A stretch of DNA of 63,909 nt, filler included, from Thelocarpon superellum (lineage: Eukaryota), in assembly GCA_026025795.1 (NCBI GenBank). It is 4 parts of 4 records of this genome, joined end to end, with 100 filler letters (N's around TTAATTAATTAA, not from the genome) between each part and the next. Parts side by side here need not be neighbours in the genome. Positions count along the whole stretch, not along the records: positions 1 to 16,133 come from JAPEUG010000396.1; 3 more parts are not named here. One strand, written 5' to 3'. The translations under genes and the position numbers were made by a program. How positions within the stretch are numbered: position 1 is the stretch's first letter; each line of letters begins with the position of its first letter. Positions 1-12,882 of the stretch are shown piece by piece. The notes beneath the pieces were generated by a model that made no database searches, had not been told where the DNA came from, and was given only the letters and a program-made list of their open reading frames with translations.

Positions 1-886
1 GAGAATCACGAAAGGCATCATCGAGGGATTCACCAAGACATCCATCACCAAGATGAATAATGTTGCTGAGGACGAATGCCACTGCGCCTGGGACCAAGAC
101 TCGACCTCAAGCTCCAGCCCTTGCAACAGCTGCTGTATCGAGAGCGTGTCGCAGGAGACAGACAGGCGCTCTGCACGCAGCCCATCGATCACGCCCTCGC
201 ATTCCCATCGAGAAAGAAGCCCGCCGGGGTCGGATCCGGAGTCTTGCGGAGCAGCCTTCCCGCCTGCTCTTCTAAACGCCCGCGAAGAAACAGCACACCC
301 ACCCGCGTCGGACACGGCCACGCGTGAAGGAGAAGAAATAGTCACCTCGCTCACGTCGAGCCGCACCGCCGCCGTCGGAGTAATCGCCTCCACCGCCACC
401 TCCACCTCCACCTCCACCCCACCGGGGCCAAAGACCACCCCTCGCCTCGCCACGCAGGTAGCCACGATGATCCAGCTGCACCACGATGAAGTCACCGATC
501 TGAAGACTCAGATCTCAGCGCTGAAGTCCCAGCTGGCCTTGGTGAAAGGGACGCTGAAAGCCCACCTGGTGGCCGCTCGGTCGCTTCCATCTCCTCCGCC
601 ACCGCCTCTACCACCACCACCATCACAGTCACTGCCACCGCTACCGTCACCGCCACCGCTACCGCCCCCGCCACCGCCGCCGCCGCCGCCGCCCGCTACA
701 GTGTTGGGCAAGAGCGACTCGTTACGCACCAGGCGCATAAAGCACGTGACGATGGATTATGTGAATGCTTCGTCGTCGACAGCGGGCAGTGCGTATACGA
801 GCAAGAGTACGAGCTCGCGCACCTTCGAACTGCCCATCCGGACCAGAAAGCTCAGTCCAGCGCCGGTACTTCCAGACGAGAGGTAG
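1..886 (+). CDS. 3' part of a proline/serine-rich protein of unknown function (5'-truncated by the window edge)
   Basis: The frame is open from base 2 to TAG at 884-886. It contains a short coiled-coil-like segment (LHHDEVTDLKTQISALKSQLALVK) followed by poly-Pro tracts. No family recognised. Confidence 0.55.
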   Translation, partial: RITKGIIEGFTKTSITKMNNVAEDECHCAWDQDSTSSSSPCNSCCIESVSQETDRRSARSPSITPSHSHRERSPPGSDPESCGAAFPPALLNAREETAHPPASDTATREGEEIVTSLTSSRTAAVGVIASTATSTSTSTPPGPKTTPRLATQVATMIQLHHDEVTDLKTQISALKSQLALVKGTLKAHLVAARSLPSPPPPPLPPPPSQSLPPLPSPPPLPPPPPPPPPPPATVLGKSDSLRTRRIKHVTMDYVNASSSTAGSAYTSKSTSSRTFELPIRTRKLSPAPVLPDER

Positions 887-1219
887 ATCCAGTTCGGTCC
901 GATCGTGCGGAATGCATCTGCGTTGATGGCTTTGTCGCGGCGACTAGGTGCCGCAGGCGCTTGGAGAAGCTCCAGGAGTGATTTGCAGGGGCGGGGGAAA
1001 GAAGAGAGGGATGATTGCGACGCGGTTCATGCTCTGGCCGAGACGCACGCGGGGGTTCAGAGTGTATCTAATCATGACAAGGCCTCACAGTGAATCTGTG
1101 CAAGTACGATGCAAGCTTACAATGGTGCGATCAATTGACAGAGATCTGACGCCTACACCGAGCCATGCTGTTGTCAACCCATCCACCCGTCCGATGCCTA
1201 CCTCTGCTGCCTCTCACAT

Positions 1220-4200
1220 TCAGATCGTTTCCCATCCCCCACTGTTCACATCGGCCTCCAGCTTCCGCGAGATGGCCGTCGGAATGCCATGTTGCAGCCA
1301 GACAGTGCGTAAGAGGGCGTCGTATCGACGTTGGTTCAACACAAGTTGGCGGTTCCGTCTGAGCCATCGTTAGTCACGCACCGCCACCCTGAGCGCTCAC
1401 GCATACCTCAGTCCCGCATCGACCTCTCCGTGCTTGTCGAGGTAGGGCGCGGTATGCCAGCTCCCCAGCTGGTCGTGAAGATAGAGCACCGTGCACTTGC
1501 GGATGTTGATGAAGAGTCCAATGTTGTAGCCACAGCTATTCGCACGGTCAGCTCAGCGCGGCTCGTCTGCATCACGTCAGCACCTCGGGCACTCACATCT
1601 CCACGTGCTGGTTGCAGCCCCCGATCCGCCCATCGCGCGAGCAGCACTGCGCCTGGCTGCAGAAGATGTCGCCACAGAAGAGGCAGACGCTCGGATCCGC
1701 CAACTCCTTGCCCGTGGTCGGACACCGTCGCTTCATCGCCTCCTCCGAGAGCGTGTCAAAATGCTTGGGCAAGCCCACCAGCTCGAAGATGCCCGGATGG
1801 CTGACCGAAAGCGCCGTCTTGGCCTGCTGGTGCGCCCGCATCCCTTCACGCGCCCAGATCCAGTGCCGGACCCAGCCCGAGGCCATACATTGCATCACCA
1901 CTGCCGCGTTGCTGCTCCCCGTGAACGCGTCAAAGATCTCGTGCAACGAGTCCAGTCGCAGCGCCGTCGTGAGCCGGTCGAGTTCCCTCCGGCCCAGCTC
2001 GGAGAAGCCCGTGTCGGGGAAGTCGACGCCGAAGCGCGTGTGCATGAGGATGACGGCCTTGCGCAGGAAACAGAGCGCGTAGCCCTCCACGAGCGTCCAC
2101 AGCAGCCGGAGCGACCCGCGCGACGAGGGCGTCACCGGTCCTTTGCCCGCCGCCGCCGCCGCCGCCGCTTCGTGCGACGACAAGGCCGGCGTGGCATCGT
2201 CACAGATCTCGCCGAGCCGCGCCGCGAATCCGGCCATAGCCTGCAGCTGTTGCGGCGAGCGCGTCGGCTCCTCGGGCCCCGTCTCGCCCGCCGCGGCGTT
2301 ATATGCTCGAAAGGCCTCGGACTCGCGCGTAAAGGCCAGGACGACCTTGACGATCTCGGCCACGTAGCAGAGCCGCAGGATGTGATGCACATCCAGATTG
2401 ACCGCCGGTACCAGGCACACGGCGCACTCGGCCAAGAAGATGAAGGCGTCTTGCGCGAGCAGCGGCTCGACTTGCTTCAGGTCCAGCGGGAAGCTACTGT
2501 TGTCGAAGATTTGCGGATGGCCCACGAAGAGCTGATGCATCTGTCGCCGGTGCGTGTCGCCAAATTCCGCCACCGTCTTGTTCGTCCCCCCACCCTGCAT
2601 CCCACCGAGGGCGATGAAAGACGATACCGTCTCCGACAAGATCCGGAGCAAAGTGAGACTCTGTGGGGCGATCTTGTCGAGCAACGTTGACCCCGACTCC
2701 GACTGCACTCCGCGCTGCGCTATCTCGACGGCGGCAACGGAGTAGCCCAGCGTCCGTGACAGCGTATCAGTGAAGGTCAGGTCTTCGGTGATGCCGAGCG
2801 GCGACGGCGGGTACGAATACCGTGTCGGTAGGTAGTTGGCCTTGATCGTGTCTCGGAGCCGCTTGTAGATGTTGGTCAGCTCGACGAGCGCGAGCACCTC
2901 CGTCGACAGCGAGAGCGCCGGAGTGCCAGTGGGGATGGAAAAGGACGTGTCAAGATGCATCAGCCCAGTCGTCAGCGGCCCGGGGCTCAAGGAGCCCAGG
3001 GGCGGCGGGATGGCATGCGTGGCGCCGCTCAGATGCTCGATCTTGTGGGCCAAGGGCGGGATGATGTTCTTGGCGACGTAGCCGGCAAAGAGCTCCTGGT
3101 ACCGCGCGAGCGCCTGCTGCTCCTGCCCCTCCCGCGCGGCCGCCTTCTCCAGGCGGGAGATGACGGGCCCGACGTGGGCGCAGAGCCAGTCGTTGAAGGG
3201 CTCGCGCGGCTGGAGCGCGCCCGGGTACGCCTCGTCCTTGCCGCGCCAGATGATGGGCAGAAAGCAATTGCCCAGGGCCTTGCACAACGGACACACAAAC
3301 TCCTTCCGATCGAGCCGTTCGGGATGCGCCCGAGCGATCTGATGCCCCTGGCGTCGTTGCGTTGCCTGGTAGTAATGCTCGAAGCAGCCATAATGCATGA
3401 TGTGCCCACACCCCGTCGTCACCGGGCCGCGCTTGACGCGCGCCGCCGGGAAACCCTTGCCCAGCCCTTGCCGCTCCGCCACCATCTCAGCCCCGTGTGC
3501 CGTGAGCTTGCGGATGAACTCGCGATTTTGGCCCGACACACCAAAGGGCCGGAGGTGCTCCGCCGATCGATCGAGGCTGGCCGGCACCGACGCTGCCTCC
3601 TGCACAAATGCGGCGTCGGAGAGATCCGTCTGCCGCAAGATGTTGCTGTCCATGATCATGGCAAAGGTACCGAAGAGGCGCGCGTCGTTCGTCTCCTCCT
3701 GACACAAGATGCACGTGCCGGACGGATAGCGCCACAGCGGCCGGGGCGCGTCGTGGGCGCCTTCTGTGGCACCCTCGGCGGCAGCCTCCTCCTCATCCAG
3801 CTCCTCGTCGCCCCAGTCGAGCGCGCCTTGGGTGTCGAGGAACTTCTGCTGTTGCTGCTGGAACTGCGCCATGACCTTGGCCTTCCGGTCCATCGCCAGC
3901 TGCTTCTTCAGCGCCCGATCCTCGCCGCCCGCGCCCGCGCCCGCGGGTGAGCCCGTGTCGAGGCCGTCGACGGCGAGGCCGAGGTGAGCGACAGCGGTAG
4001 CGAAGGCCCGCGGCCGTTTCTGTCGCATCCGGCGCAGGATGAGACGGATCTTGGGTTGGCACGCCCGGAGCTCCTCCACCCGCAAGAGACTCTGCAGCAC
4101 GCTCACAATCGTCTGCTGGTCCGCGGCGGCGGAGGGAACCGTCTTCGTCAGGGCCAGCTGGACAAAGGACTGCAGCGACTCCTCCGACATATCCTCCTCG

Positions 4201-7200
4201 TCTAGTCCGTCTTCCGTCACGGCGACCAGGGTCAGATGGAGGCCGACCTGCAAGAAGGTCTCCAGGCGTGTGTGCGGAATGCGCGGCGTCCACGTGTGCA
4301 CGACGAGCGGGTAGCGGAGGCACTGGTAGACCACCTGCGCGAAGAGATTGGTCCGCGTGAAGGTGGCCAGCGTGGTAAAGACGCCGGACCGGATCGGCCG
4401 GAGCCGCGGCTCGTACACCACGTCCGTGGCGGCCGCTCCGGTGCGTTTGGCGATGCGTGTGCGGTAGGCCTGTTCGGACTCCTCGCGCTGGTTCTTACTG
4501 TAGTGAGCAATGTACGGATCGATCTCTTCGATGTACTCTTCTTGGAGCTCGAACGTGCCACTGTCGGACAGGCCCTCGGGCGGCCGGAACTTGGTCATCG
4601 CGTCGAGGATGTCCTGGAATTCCTCCATGTCTTGGAGCTTGTCGGCCAGGCGCGCCGCCAACTCGGAGAAGGAGAGCGGCTTGAAGCACAGGACGTGGAC
4701 GATGTCGCGCTTCATCGCCAGCGTCGCCGCCTGCGGCTCTTCCTCGATGGGGAGGAGGGCGAGGCGGTCGCACAGGAGCACGATCATGAGGTGGAGGAAG
4801 TCCTCGGCCACATCGAGAATCTGGTGCTCGTCGTGATCGGGCCGGACCTCGAAGGTGCCACGGATCCACTGGTCCATGCCGAAGCGGTCGATCATCGACG
4901 CCAGCACCCGGCTCGGGTCGCACGTCACGAGTGCGACCTGCAGCAGGAAGATGTCACGCTGGTGCGCCACGTCCCGTTGCGAGACGCCCCGGTAGGTCGA
5001 CATCTGGTGGCGCAGGCTCAGTCCATTGCGCACCCACATGCCCGCCTTCATTTGCGCCAGCCATGCGCACACGCGCAAGGGAAAGTCGAAGACGGCGAGC
5101 AAGAAGTCCTCCGGGCGGGCGCAGCCGTCGGGGCGGGGGAGAGAGCACTCGGGCAGTTCGGCGCCGCTAAAGGACAGCAGCTGACGCAGGTGCGCGCTCG
5201 ACATGCTCTTGCCGCAGTCGATCAGCCAGGAGAGAGTGTAGTGGAGGCCGTGGTGGAAACTGATGGGCTGCTTCTCCACGGTGAAGCGCACGACGCGATA
5301 CTCCCGCGGCTGGCCCCAGTCGTCCGTGTCAAGGATGAAGCCGCCCATCCGCCGGAAGCGCGTCTCCTCCTTGATCTCCGCCTGCTCGAAGCGCGACAGC
5401 TCGGCGCCGGTCGAGTTGATGATGGCGGCGCGCGCGGCGAGACGGATTGCCCGGGCCACGCTGCGCTCGTCCTCACCCGCCAGCCAGCGGAAAGACTCGG
5501 CAAACTGGCGACAGAGACGATTCAGCTCGCGCGTGATGAGCGATGCGCTGATCCAGGCGTCCGTCTCGTATTCGATGTGCTCGCCCACGGCGCGCACATT
5601 CGGGCAGATGCCTTGATGCAGCTTGACCAAATCGAGGAACTGCAGCATATAGCACTCCTCGCGCCGTAGCTTCTCCTGCACGTGCTCCGAGCCGAAGAGA
5701 TACCGTAGGTCCATGAAGAAGTGATACATGCGCCGGTTGGTGAGCGAGCCAGCCTCGAAGGCCAGCGTGGCGGTGGGATTGACGTCCGACGGGTGCCCGA
5801 CTTGACGCGTGGTGAGGAAGGTATAGAGGATGGCCATCAGATTAGTGAGGAAGTTGCCGCGCTCCACCACCTCGTCGGTGATGGACGGCGTCGTGAGCAT
5901 CTGTAAGGAAAGGTTGATGATGGAGTGGTCGGGCTCACGATCGGCAATGAGATACAATTGGGCAAGCATGGTGTAGAGACCGGCAAACCGCAGGCCGAGA
6001 ATCCGTTTGAAGCGCGGAATCGTGACGACGGTGGTGATGTAGAGATCGCGCAGGTCGATCCGCGCCTTCTTCCACATACGCAGGTCAAAGAGGATCATCC
6101 AGTCTAGGCGCACCCGCTTCCACAGGTCCTCCTCCAGCGGCACCGCGACGTTGGCTCCGTATCCCGCCGGCTTCTCCAGCCAATGACGCGGGGCTCGGGA
6201 TCGCACAGGGCCGGTCACGTTGTTGGCGGGCGTCGGCGGAATCTCCATGCTGGCCTTGGCCAGCCCTGCAGGCGGAATCACGGACCGAGGTGCCACCGAC
6301 GGTGCGTTGGCGGCCGCAGGCTCGGCCTCGGTCGTCGTGGGATCCAGCGGCATGTGCAGGCGCAGTTGTCGTGGCTGGGATGCACCTGTACCCCCACCCC
6401 CACCCCCACCCGTGGGCGGAGGCGGCGGCGGCGGCGGCGGCGGCGGATAACCAGCATAAGTGGCCTCGGAGGCTTCGGTGTCATCCTGTGGCTCTTCGGC
6501 CGTGTCCATGTCGAGGTCTCCATCGGCATCCACCTCGGTAACTTCAAAATCGATCTCCATGACATCATGGCTCTCCTGGGCGGGTGACTCCGTCGTGTTC
6601 TCGGCATCGTCGAACAAGCCATATGCCGCTCCTGCCTCCGGGGTTTCATTCTCGTTGCCACTCTCGTTCTCTTCATCGCTGTCCGACAAGTCGGAGCCCT
6701 CGGGCTCGGCAGGGTTCGTTGTGGTGCGGGTGGCGTTGGGGGTGTTGGGCAGATTGACCGCGGTCACGGGGGCGGCGCGACGGCGGGCAATGCGCGGCAG
6801 GTGCGCGGTGGTGTGGCCCATGGCAATGCGATCAAGCTGCTCGGCTTCGTCCTTCTCATGATCGTCGATGCCGCTGCGACCGACGAGGGCATTGCTCGCC
6901 TCACTCCCGGTACGCCAAGCTTTCAACATCTCCTCGCAGATGGTGCGACGCAGGATGTCGTGGTCGTGGGCGACGCTGCAGGCGGCGATGTCGACCAGCC
7001 ACTCGATGATGGTGCCGCACATCTGCTCACGGAAGGTGTCGCGCGAGGAGCGGATAGTGACGGTCACCTTGATCTGCTCGATTACGCGCGACTTTTGCAG
7101 CAGGCGCGGGATGTCGCGGTCATGCTGGATGATGCTCCGGCCCACGTCGTTGGTCTCGTTGGCCTTCTCCGAGCCATAGGAGAGGGGTTGTTTGCAGGCG

Positions 7201-7985
7201 CGTGCGACTTGATTTCGGACCTCTTCCACCGTATGCTTCTCGTCATTCCACAGGATCAGGGCAAACTCGGGCTGCTCCTCGGACGTGTGATCGCCATGGT
7301 AGTAGCGCGAGGTCAAGCGTGAGGCGCGCTCATCCTGTCGGATGCCGCTCTCGGTCTTGGGCAGCCGGAGCTGCTCGGGTGAGCAGGAGATGACATCGCA
7401 GAGGTAGTCGAATACGCGGGCGATGGTGGTGCGGATGCTCTTCGCCAGGGCGTCTGGCAGCGCTCCCTGGGCCGGCGCCTTGCCCGCAGACGCTTCGCCG
7501 AGCTCAGAGAGGGCGGTGTGGATCGCACAGTTGACCGGGCGCCGCCAGGCCTCGGCGTCGCCACAGTCGCAGCAGCCGCTGTTCCCGGGCGAGATGCTGA
7601 CGAAGATCATGTGGCCGGCGTGGTCGGAGGAGTCGAAACACTTGCTGCAGAGCACGCAGGTATCGTCGACGCTGCATGTCTTGCAGCGATACGTCGCCTC
7701 GCCATTCTTGAAGATGTGGCCGCACGGCTTGCCTCGCGCTGCGGGACCATACTCGGCGCCTTCGACCGCACCCTGGGCCTCGCGCAGGCTCCACTTGCCG
7801 CTGAGGCGAGCAGGGTGGCCGTCGGGGAAGAAGAGGCGGAAGTACTCATCGTTGTTGCCAGCGAGGGCGGTGAAGAGGGCTTGGAGTAGGGCACGTTGGG
7901 CCGTTAGGGTGTAGCGGTTGTCGTGGAGCGGCGGGAGGTCTCGGAGAATCTGGCAAAGACGGCGATCCTGGGATGAACTCATCAT
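1220..7985 (-). CDS. UBR1: E3 ubiquitin ligase UBR1 (N-recognin, N-degron pathway), about 2218 aa; exons 7985-1597, 1535-1407, 1358-1220
   Basis: UBR-box zinc finger (CGHIFKNGEATYRCKTC...CCDCGD), ClpS-like LWNDEKHT, RING-H2 (CILCQE...CGHIMHYGCF...CPLC). Two GT-AG introns restore the conserved C-terminus (CGYNIGLFINIRKC...APYLDKHGEVD...GGWETI*). Exon phases sum to a multiple of 3. Confidence 0.96.
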
Positions 7986-8453
7986 CTTGCCGCGAGAATG
8001 TCCCAACAAGGCAAAGGGGAGTCGCCGCGGCCGTCGGTCGAACCCGGATGCTGATTGGCGTCGACCGTCGACCAAGTAGGGCTTGTGCACGGCGATGTAA
8101 GCTTGCTGCGGGTCCCGGGGGACGGCTCTCCGCCTTGAGCGAACCCGCACCAGGCCTCGAGTGCCGATACGGGGTCCAGTGTCGTCGAGATCACGGATGT
8201 ACCATGGAAGCTGAGTCGGACATTAAGGCTTCGTATGGTCAAGGCGTGCCATCCAACGTCCGGAGGGGTGACGGCGTTTTGGGGGAGTGCGTCGGTGGCA
8301 CCGGACGTGGTGGCCTGACCGATGTCGAGACGACAGCCAACCAGCGTTCTGATGGGATCCGACGGCGATAACTGATCGTGACCGGGACAGCGAGGGGACC
8401 GAGTGGCGCTGGATCTTCCGCGAGAAGCGAGATGCACAACGCCCCGTCAATCG

Positions 8454-8486
8454 TCAAGCATCAAGCATCAAGCATCAAGCATCAAG
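8454..8486. repeat. (TCAAGCA)n heptamer tandem repeat, about 4.7 copies
   Basis: Read directly in the UBR1-QCR9 intergenic region. Confidence 0.9.
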
Positions 8487-9084
8487 TGGCGGGCGTCGAC
8501 TATGCGTACCATGCATCAGGCGGCCACGCAAGCCGCTTATAGCTTTATCTCGAGGCGATCGCGGTCGGGCACGGCGAGCGCCAGAAGCTCCTCAGTTACC
8601 ACCATAGACGGAGTATGCCTACTTGCTCCCAATTGTCCGTGCGTCTTGACAGACGCGCTTTGCTTTGGTGAGTCGGCGGCTATTACTGCGTACCGGCTTT
8701 GGAGCCTGACACGGGCCACGGGCTCTCTTTCGCTCGGAGCCAGTCATCCACCGCGGATCCGCATTTCTTGCGCGTCGCGGCCACTTGTTGTCATGGACTA
8801 CTGGAAGATGTTCTCTGCGGGCCGGAAAAGGTCCCTGTCTCTGTTATGATGCCCGGGACGCAGACCACGTTGGGAATGGCTGCCGGTGGCTCTCGGACAA
8901 CCTGGCGACCCACGCCGCCCCCGTGGCAGCAAAGCATCGCACTCTTTTAGCCCCAGGGCCCCATCGCTTCACGTTCTCATCTAGATTGGACGGCCATCTG
9001 AGGACCAGCACTGCCTAGTATCGTACACCAGACCATCCACACGCTCCCTCCACCCCACACATGGCCCTTTCCTCGCCGGTGCGC

Positions 9085-9505
9085 TTACTCGTCATGCTCG
9101 ATGTATTTGTCGCGGATGTCCTGCCATTGTCGCTGTCCCGGGTATCAGTGACGCCAAGACTGCGTGCGGAGGAATGGGAGAGACGTACGCCTTTGTTGAG
9201 CGTGTTCCAGATGCTGTCCGTCACGGTGTCAAAGGCCCTACCGCGGTCATTCCCATCAGCCTCTGTGTTCCATCCGTAGTGGGGTTCGACGTCCGCCTCA
9301 CATCTCAAAAGCAAATGCACCGGTAAAGACGGTGGCTAGAAAGATGGTATTCTGTCGAAAGATGGAGCTGATGTGGAGATTAGCGGATCGCTCCGCACGA
9401 TGATGCCGGATGACTTGCTTGTAGATACTTGACGCGAGCTGCCGCAATGATGATCAGCGCCCGCCACGAAGGGTCCATGGAGCGAAGAATACTTACGCCA
9501 GCCAT
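9085..9505 (-). CDS. QCR9: Cytochrome b-c1 complex subunit 9, 63 aa; 5 exons: 9505-9497, 9438-9419, 9367-9302, 9237-9189, 9132-9085
   Basis: Spliced product MAGLASSIYNSIFRQNTIFLATVFTGAFAFEMAFDTVTDSIWNTLNKGRQWQDIRDKYIEHDE* has the Qcr9/UQCR10 signature (F..AF.FE..FD......W...NKG..W.DI). All four introns have branch sites. Intron 2 is GC-AG. Confidence 0.93.
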
Positions 9506-9895
9506 TGCGATGGTGGAAGTGCCGTGCACCTCAGTCGATGGAACGCAGCGGATGCACGTCTGGTCAAGAGAGTAAGAAGTCGACCAATGATGGGTAGGGA
9601 AGAGCAAATCGGCGTGTCGGTTGATGGCAGAATTCGGGTCAGTTGTCGGGTCGCATTTGCGCGAGCAAACTGAATGAATCGTGATTGGCTCACTTTTCGC
9701 CGACCGAGGCGGAAAGTCTCCCACCGAAACTCCGGGCTCCCACCGCGCAACTTCTCTCATCCTCTCCCCTCACCACTGCAAAGAAAGGCCGACCCTCAGC
9801 GCGATAGCGCCCAGCGTCTCCCGCGACGTGGGGCCAGCTCCCCACGCTGCGTCCACGACACATTTCCCGACCCCTTCGTCGGCAAGGCGGCCACA

Positions 9896-10519
9896 ATGCC
9901 CTCAGCCAAGGACTCGTCGAGCAAAGCGGGAATCATTACGAGTGACGGCGGGGATCGCCGCATCCCGGCCTCGACCCGGTCCGACGGCTCTACCCGAAAG
10001 GAGATCAAGATTCGCCCAGGCTACAAACCGCCCGAAGACGTGGAGGTCTACAAGAATCGCGCTGCGGATGCCTGGAAGTCAAGGGGGTCAGGAGGCGTTC
10101 CCGGAGCAGCCTCAGTTGACGCAAGTGGCGCCGGGACGCTTGAGGGTACGGCGAGCAACAAGAACGCCAAGCGCCGGGAGGCAAGAAAAAAGGCCAAATC
10201 ATCCGAAAGCAAGCGGGACGAAGGAGGTGGGGCCGACGACGATGCTCGTCCCGCCGCGCCGTCGTCCTGCCCGGACGGCGCCGCCCTGCCCGGCCCGGTC
10301 GACGTAGAGGCGGAGCTGGAGAAACAGGCCAAGAAGCTGCAGAAGAAGCTACGGCAGGCGCGAGAACTGAAGCAGAAGAAGGAGAGTGGCGAGAGCTTAC
10401 TGCCGGAGCAATTTGAAAAGGTCATCAAGATCCATGAGCTCATTCGGCAGCTGGACCAGCTCGGCTTCGACACGGAGGGCGAACGAAAGCAGACGTCAAC
10501 CCCGCCGACCGTCTCATGA
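9896..10519 (+). CDS. PYM1: Partner of Y14-Mago (PYM/WIBG family), exon junction complex disassembly factor
   Basis: N-terminal Mago-binding motif IPASTRSDGSTRKEIKIRPGYKPPEDVEVY and a C-terminal coiled coil KKLQKKLRQARELK...PEQFEKVIK. Confidence 0.88.
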   Translation: MPSAKDSSSKAGIITSDGGDRRIPASTRSDGSTRKEIKIRPGYKPPEDVEVYKNRAADAWKSRGSGGVPGAASVDASGAGTLEGTASNKNAKRREARKKAKSSESKRDEGGGADDDARPAAPSSCPDGAALPGPVDVEAELEKQAKKLQKKLRQARELKQKKESGESLLPEQFEKVIKIHELIRQLDQLGFDTEGERKQTSTPPTVS

Positions 10520-12406
10520 CGACATCAGCACGGGTCGGGTGGGGCGCTCGAGCCCGGTCATGATGTCTTTCGACCTGGTGAAGGCATGGGCTGTCGTCAT
10601 GGCGCTCAGCACGCAGTCATTCAGCCCCACGCCCCCGTACGAGTTGCCCGCAACGCGGACGCGGCCACGGTAGGCTGCGCGTAATGCACGGTCGGCCTGC
10701 GTCAGCCGGGCGTGATGACCGACGGTGTACTGGGGGATGCAGTCACGCTGCAGGCCCACGTGCACCACCACCGGCTCGGCCGTGATGTGGAGGTGGCGCG
10801 CCAGCACCCGCTTCGCCATGACCACAGCCTCATCCTCATCAGGGTACGTCGACCATCCGTCCCACCAATGGCCGCCGAGCATGACCGTGACCTTGGTGCC
10901 TGGCGCACTGTCCTGCCCCACCACCGCGTCCGAGTCAAAGACCACGCCGAGGGCGCGTTCGGGGTTCTGCTCCCACGGGATGCTACGTGGGATGAGGTAC
11001 CCGAAGCCGTGGATGGGGAGGAGCATAGAGTTGGCGTAGTAGACATTGACTACCATGACTGTGACGGCGGGGATATTGGCAAGCGATGGGAGCGGCGCCT
11101 CGCTGATGGAGGCTAGCGTGGGCCCCGACAAGGTGGAAAAGACGTGGGTATGGCGAGCCGGGGGGTGATTGGTCGCGAGCGAGATCTATCCCAGTCAGCG
11201 TGCTTTGAGGAAGGGGGGCCGCGCAAGAGCTAGAGAAGGGGGGAGGTACATGAACCTCGCCCGAGGCCCCATCATGCCGGAGCTTCTTCACCGGCGTCTC
11301 TGTTCTGACGCGTACGTTCTTCTGCCGCCGCAGCGTCTTCTCGACGGCTCCAGTCAGGGTGCCCAGGCCTCCCTTGAAGGAATATACGCTGGCATGGCGA
11401 AACCGATCCAAAATTGGACGCAGTTGGTCCTGGGAGGCCCACATCATCAGCGTCTCGTCGAGCTCGACGACGTTGTCCGACTTGCGCAGAAGGTAGTGCC
11501 GGCCGATGCTCCCACGCCGGTCAAGGGCCCACATGCCGGGGAGCAGGCTCTTGGCGCTGAGTTGGTGCACATCGCCGGCGTAAATGCCGTGCAGCACCGC
11601 GGACACGAGATTGTCCGCCAGCGCGGAGCTGCCTGTGCGACGGGCACAGAAGGCGGCCACGGACTCGTCTTCGAGCTCTGCCGGCCGCTGTGGCTGGATG
11701 AACTCGTACAACAGTCCCCGGGCGAGTCCGGCAAAGAGCGGCTCCTGCCACAGGGCGGCGAGCATGGGAAGAAGGGACTGCCCAGGACCGGGCATGCGCA
11801 CGGCGTGATCGGGGTAATAGATGAATCGGTTCTGTGCCGCGGCCGCGGTCCGCGGCGTGATGAGGACCTCGTCTTCCAACCCCAGCGCGGTGATCTAAGC
11901 CCATGAGCCCTGATTAGGCCCTCGTTCCCTCGTGTCTTGCATTGCCGACGAACCAGCTTGAGAGTGGCATATCCACTCGCCGTCAAGGGCCGCAGGGTGC
12001 GTGGCCCTTGTTCCAGCACCACGTTCCCATTCCCCACGTCCACCGTCTTGCTATCTACCCAGCCTCCCAGACGTGCACTGGCCTCGTATAGCGTGACGGT
12101 CGCCTTCGGCAGCTCCGTCGACAGAGCGAGGGCGGTGGTGAGGCCGGTGATGCCACCACCGAGCACTGCCAAATTGAGGCCTGCCTCATTCGCCCGCACC
12201 GGTTGCGTGGGTTGCTTGCCTTTTTCACTGGATGGCGGGGCATTGACCGAGGCATAGCATCGGGACCGTGGGCATCCGGGACCCACCCTCGTCGATCGAG
12301 TGGCGTGGTGCGGTCGGCGACGGGAGGCGACAGGCGAGCGAATGGACGAGGGATGTAAGAAGCTGAGCGTCTTTCTCAGAGCAGCGCGAGGGCCAATTGG
12401 ACGCAT
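10514..12406 (-). CDS. HEM14: Protoporphyrinogen oxidase; exons 12406-11954, 11894-11250, 11185-10514
   Basis: FAD-binding AVLGGGITGL...YEASARLGGW, EQGPRTLR, HGIYAGD, GFGYLIP, CIPQYTVGH, GNSYGGVGLNDCV. Basic, Arg-rich N-terminal presequence. Two GT-AG introns join the frames. Confidence 0.95.
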
Positions 12407-12882
12407 GGTGTTATCGAGGGGCCTGGAACGGCATTGTCACTTTCCTGCCGGCAGCGTACAGTCTGCCACAAAGTTGTCGTGCGGTCATGGAGGTCGGACA
12501 TCCCTCGGGCGGCGCGGCGAAACAATCATCCGGAGTTTCATGACGCCAAGGGTGAGTATCGACGTCGCCGCACCCAACGTACCGTCAGTTTACTCGCGCT
12601 CGCGCCTACAAGAGGAGACAGGCATCAACGACTTCGGCGAAGGAGCACTAGCATTGGCAAGATCACGACGGGATGCTGTAAAGCGCATGTCGTTCTACGG
12701 CTCCAGATGTCCCTTGTAACTCCTGGCCGAGGAGAGCTTCTATGATACAAGTAAAGTCGATGCGAGACAGGTAGTTCCTCATTTCCCAGCGTGAGGGACT
12801 CGGGGATGATACAGTGCACGCAACCAACGCCCGGTCCCGTCGGCACCAACGCCACGTACAGCTCCTCTTGCGCCCCCGTCCG

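Noticed and set aside
1605..7914. Long + strand ORFs opposite UBR1 (e.g. 4236-5669, 1605-2690) and similar antisense ORFs over POL12, eIF3d, creA and the Shg1 gene
   Set aside because: Shadow ORFs expected from GC-rich codon usage on the coding strand; no recognisable motifs.
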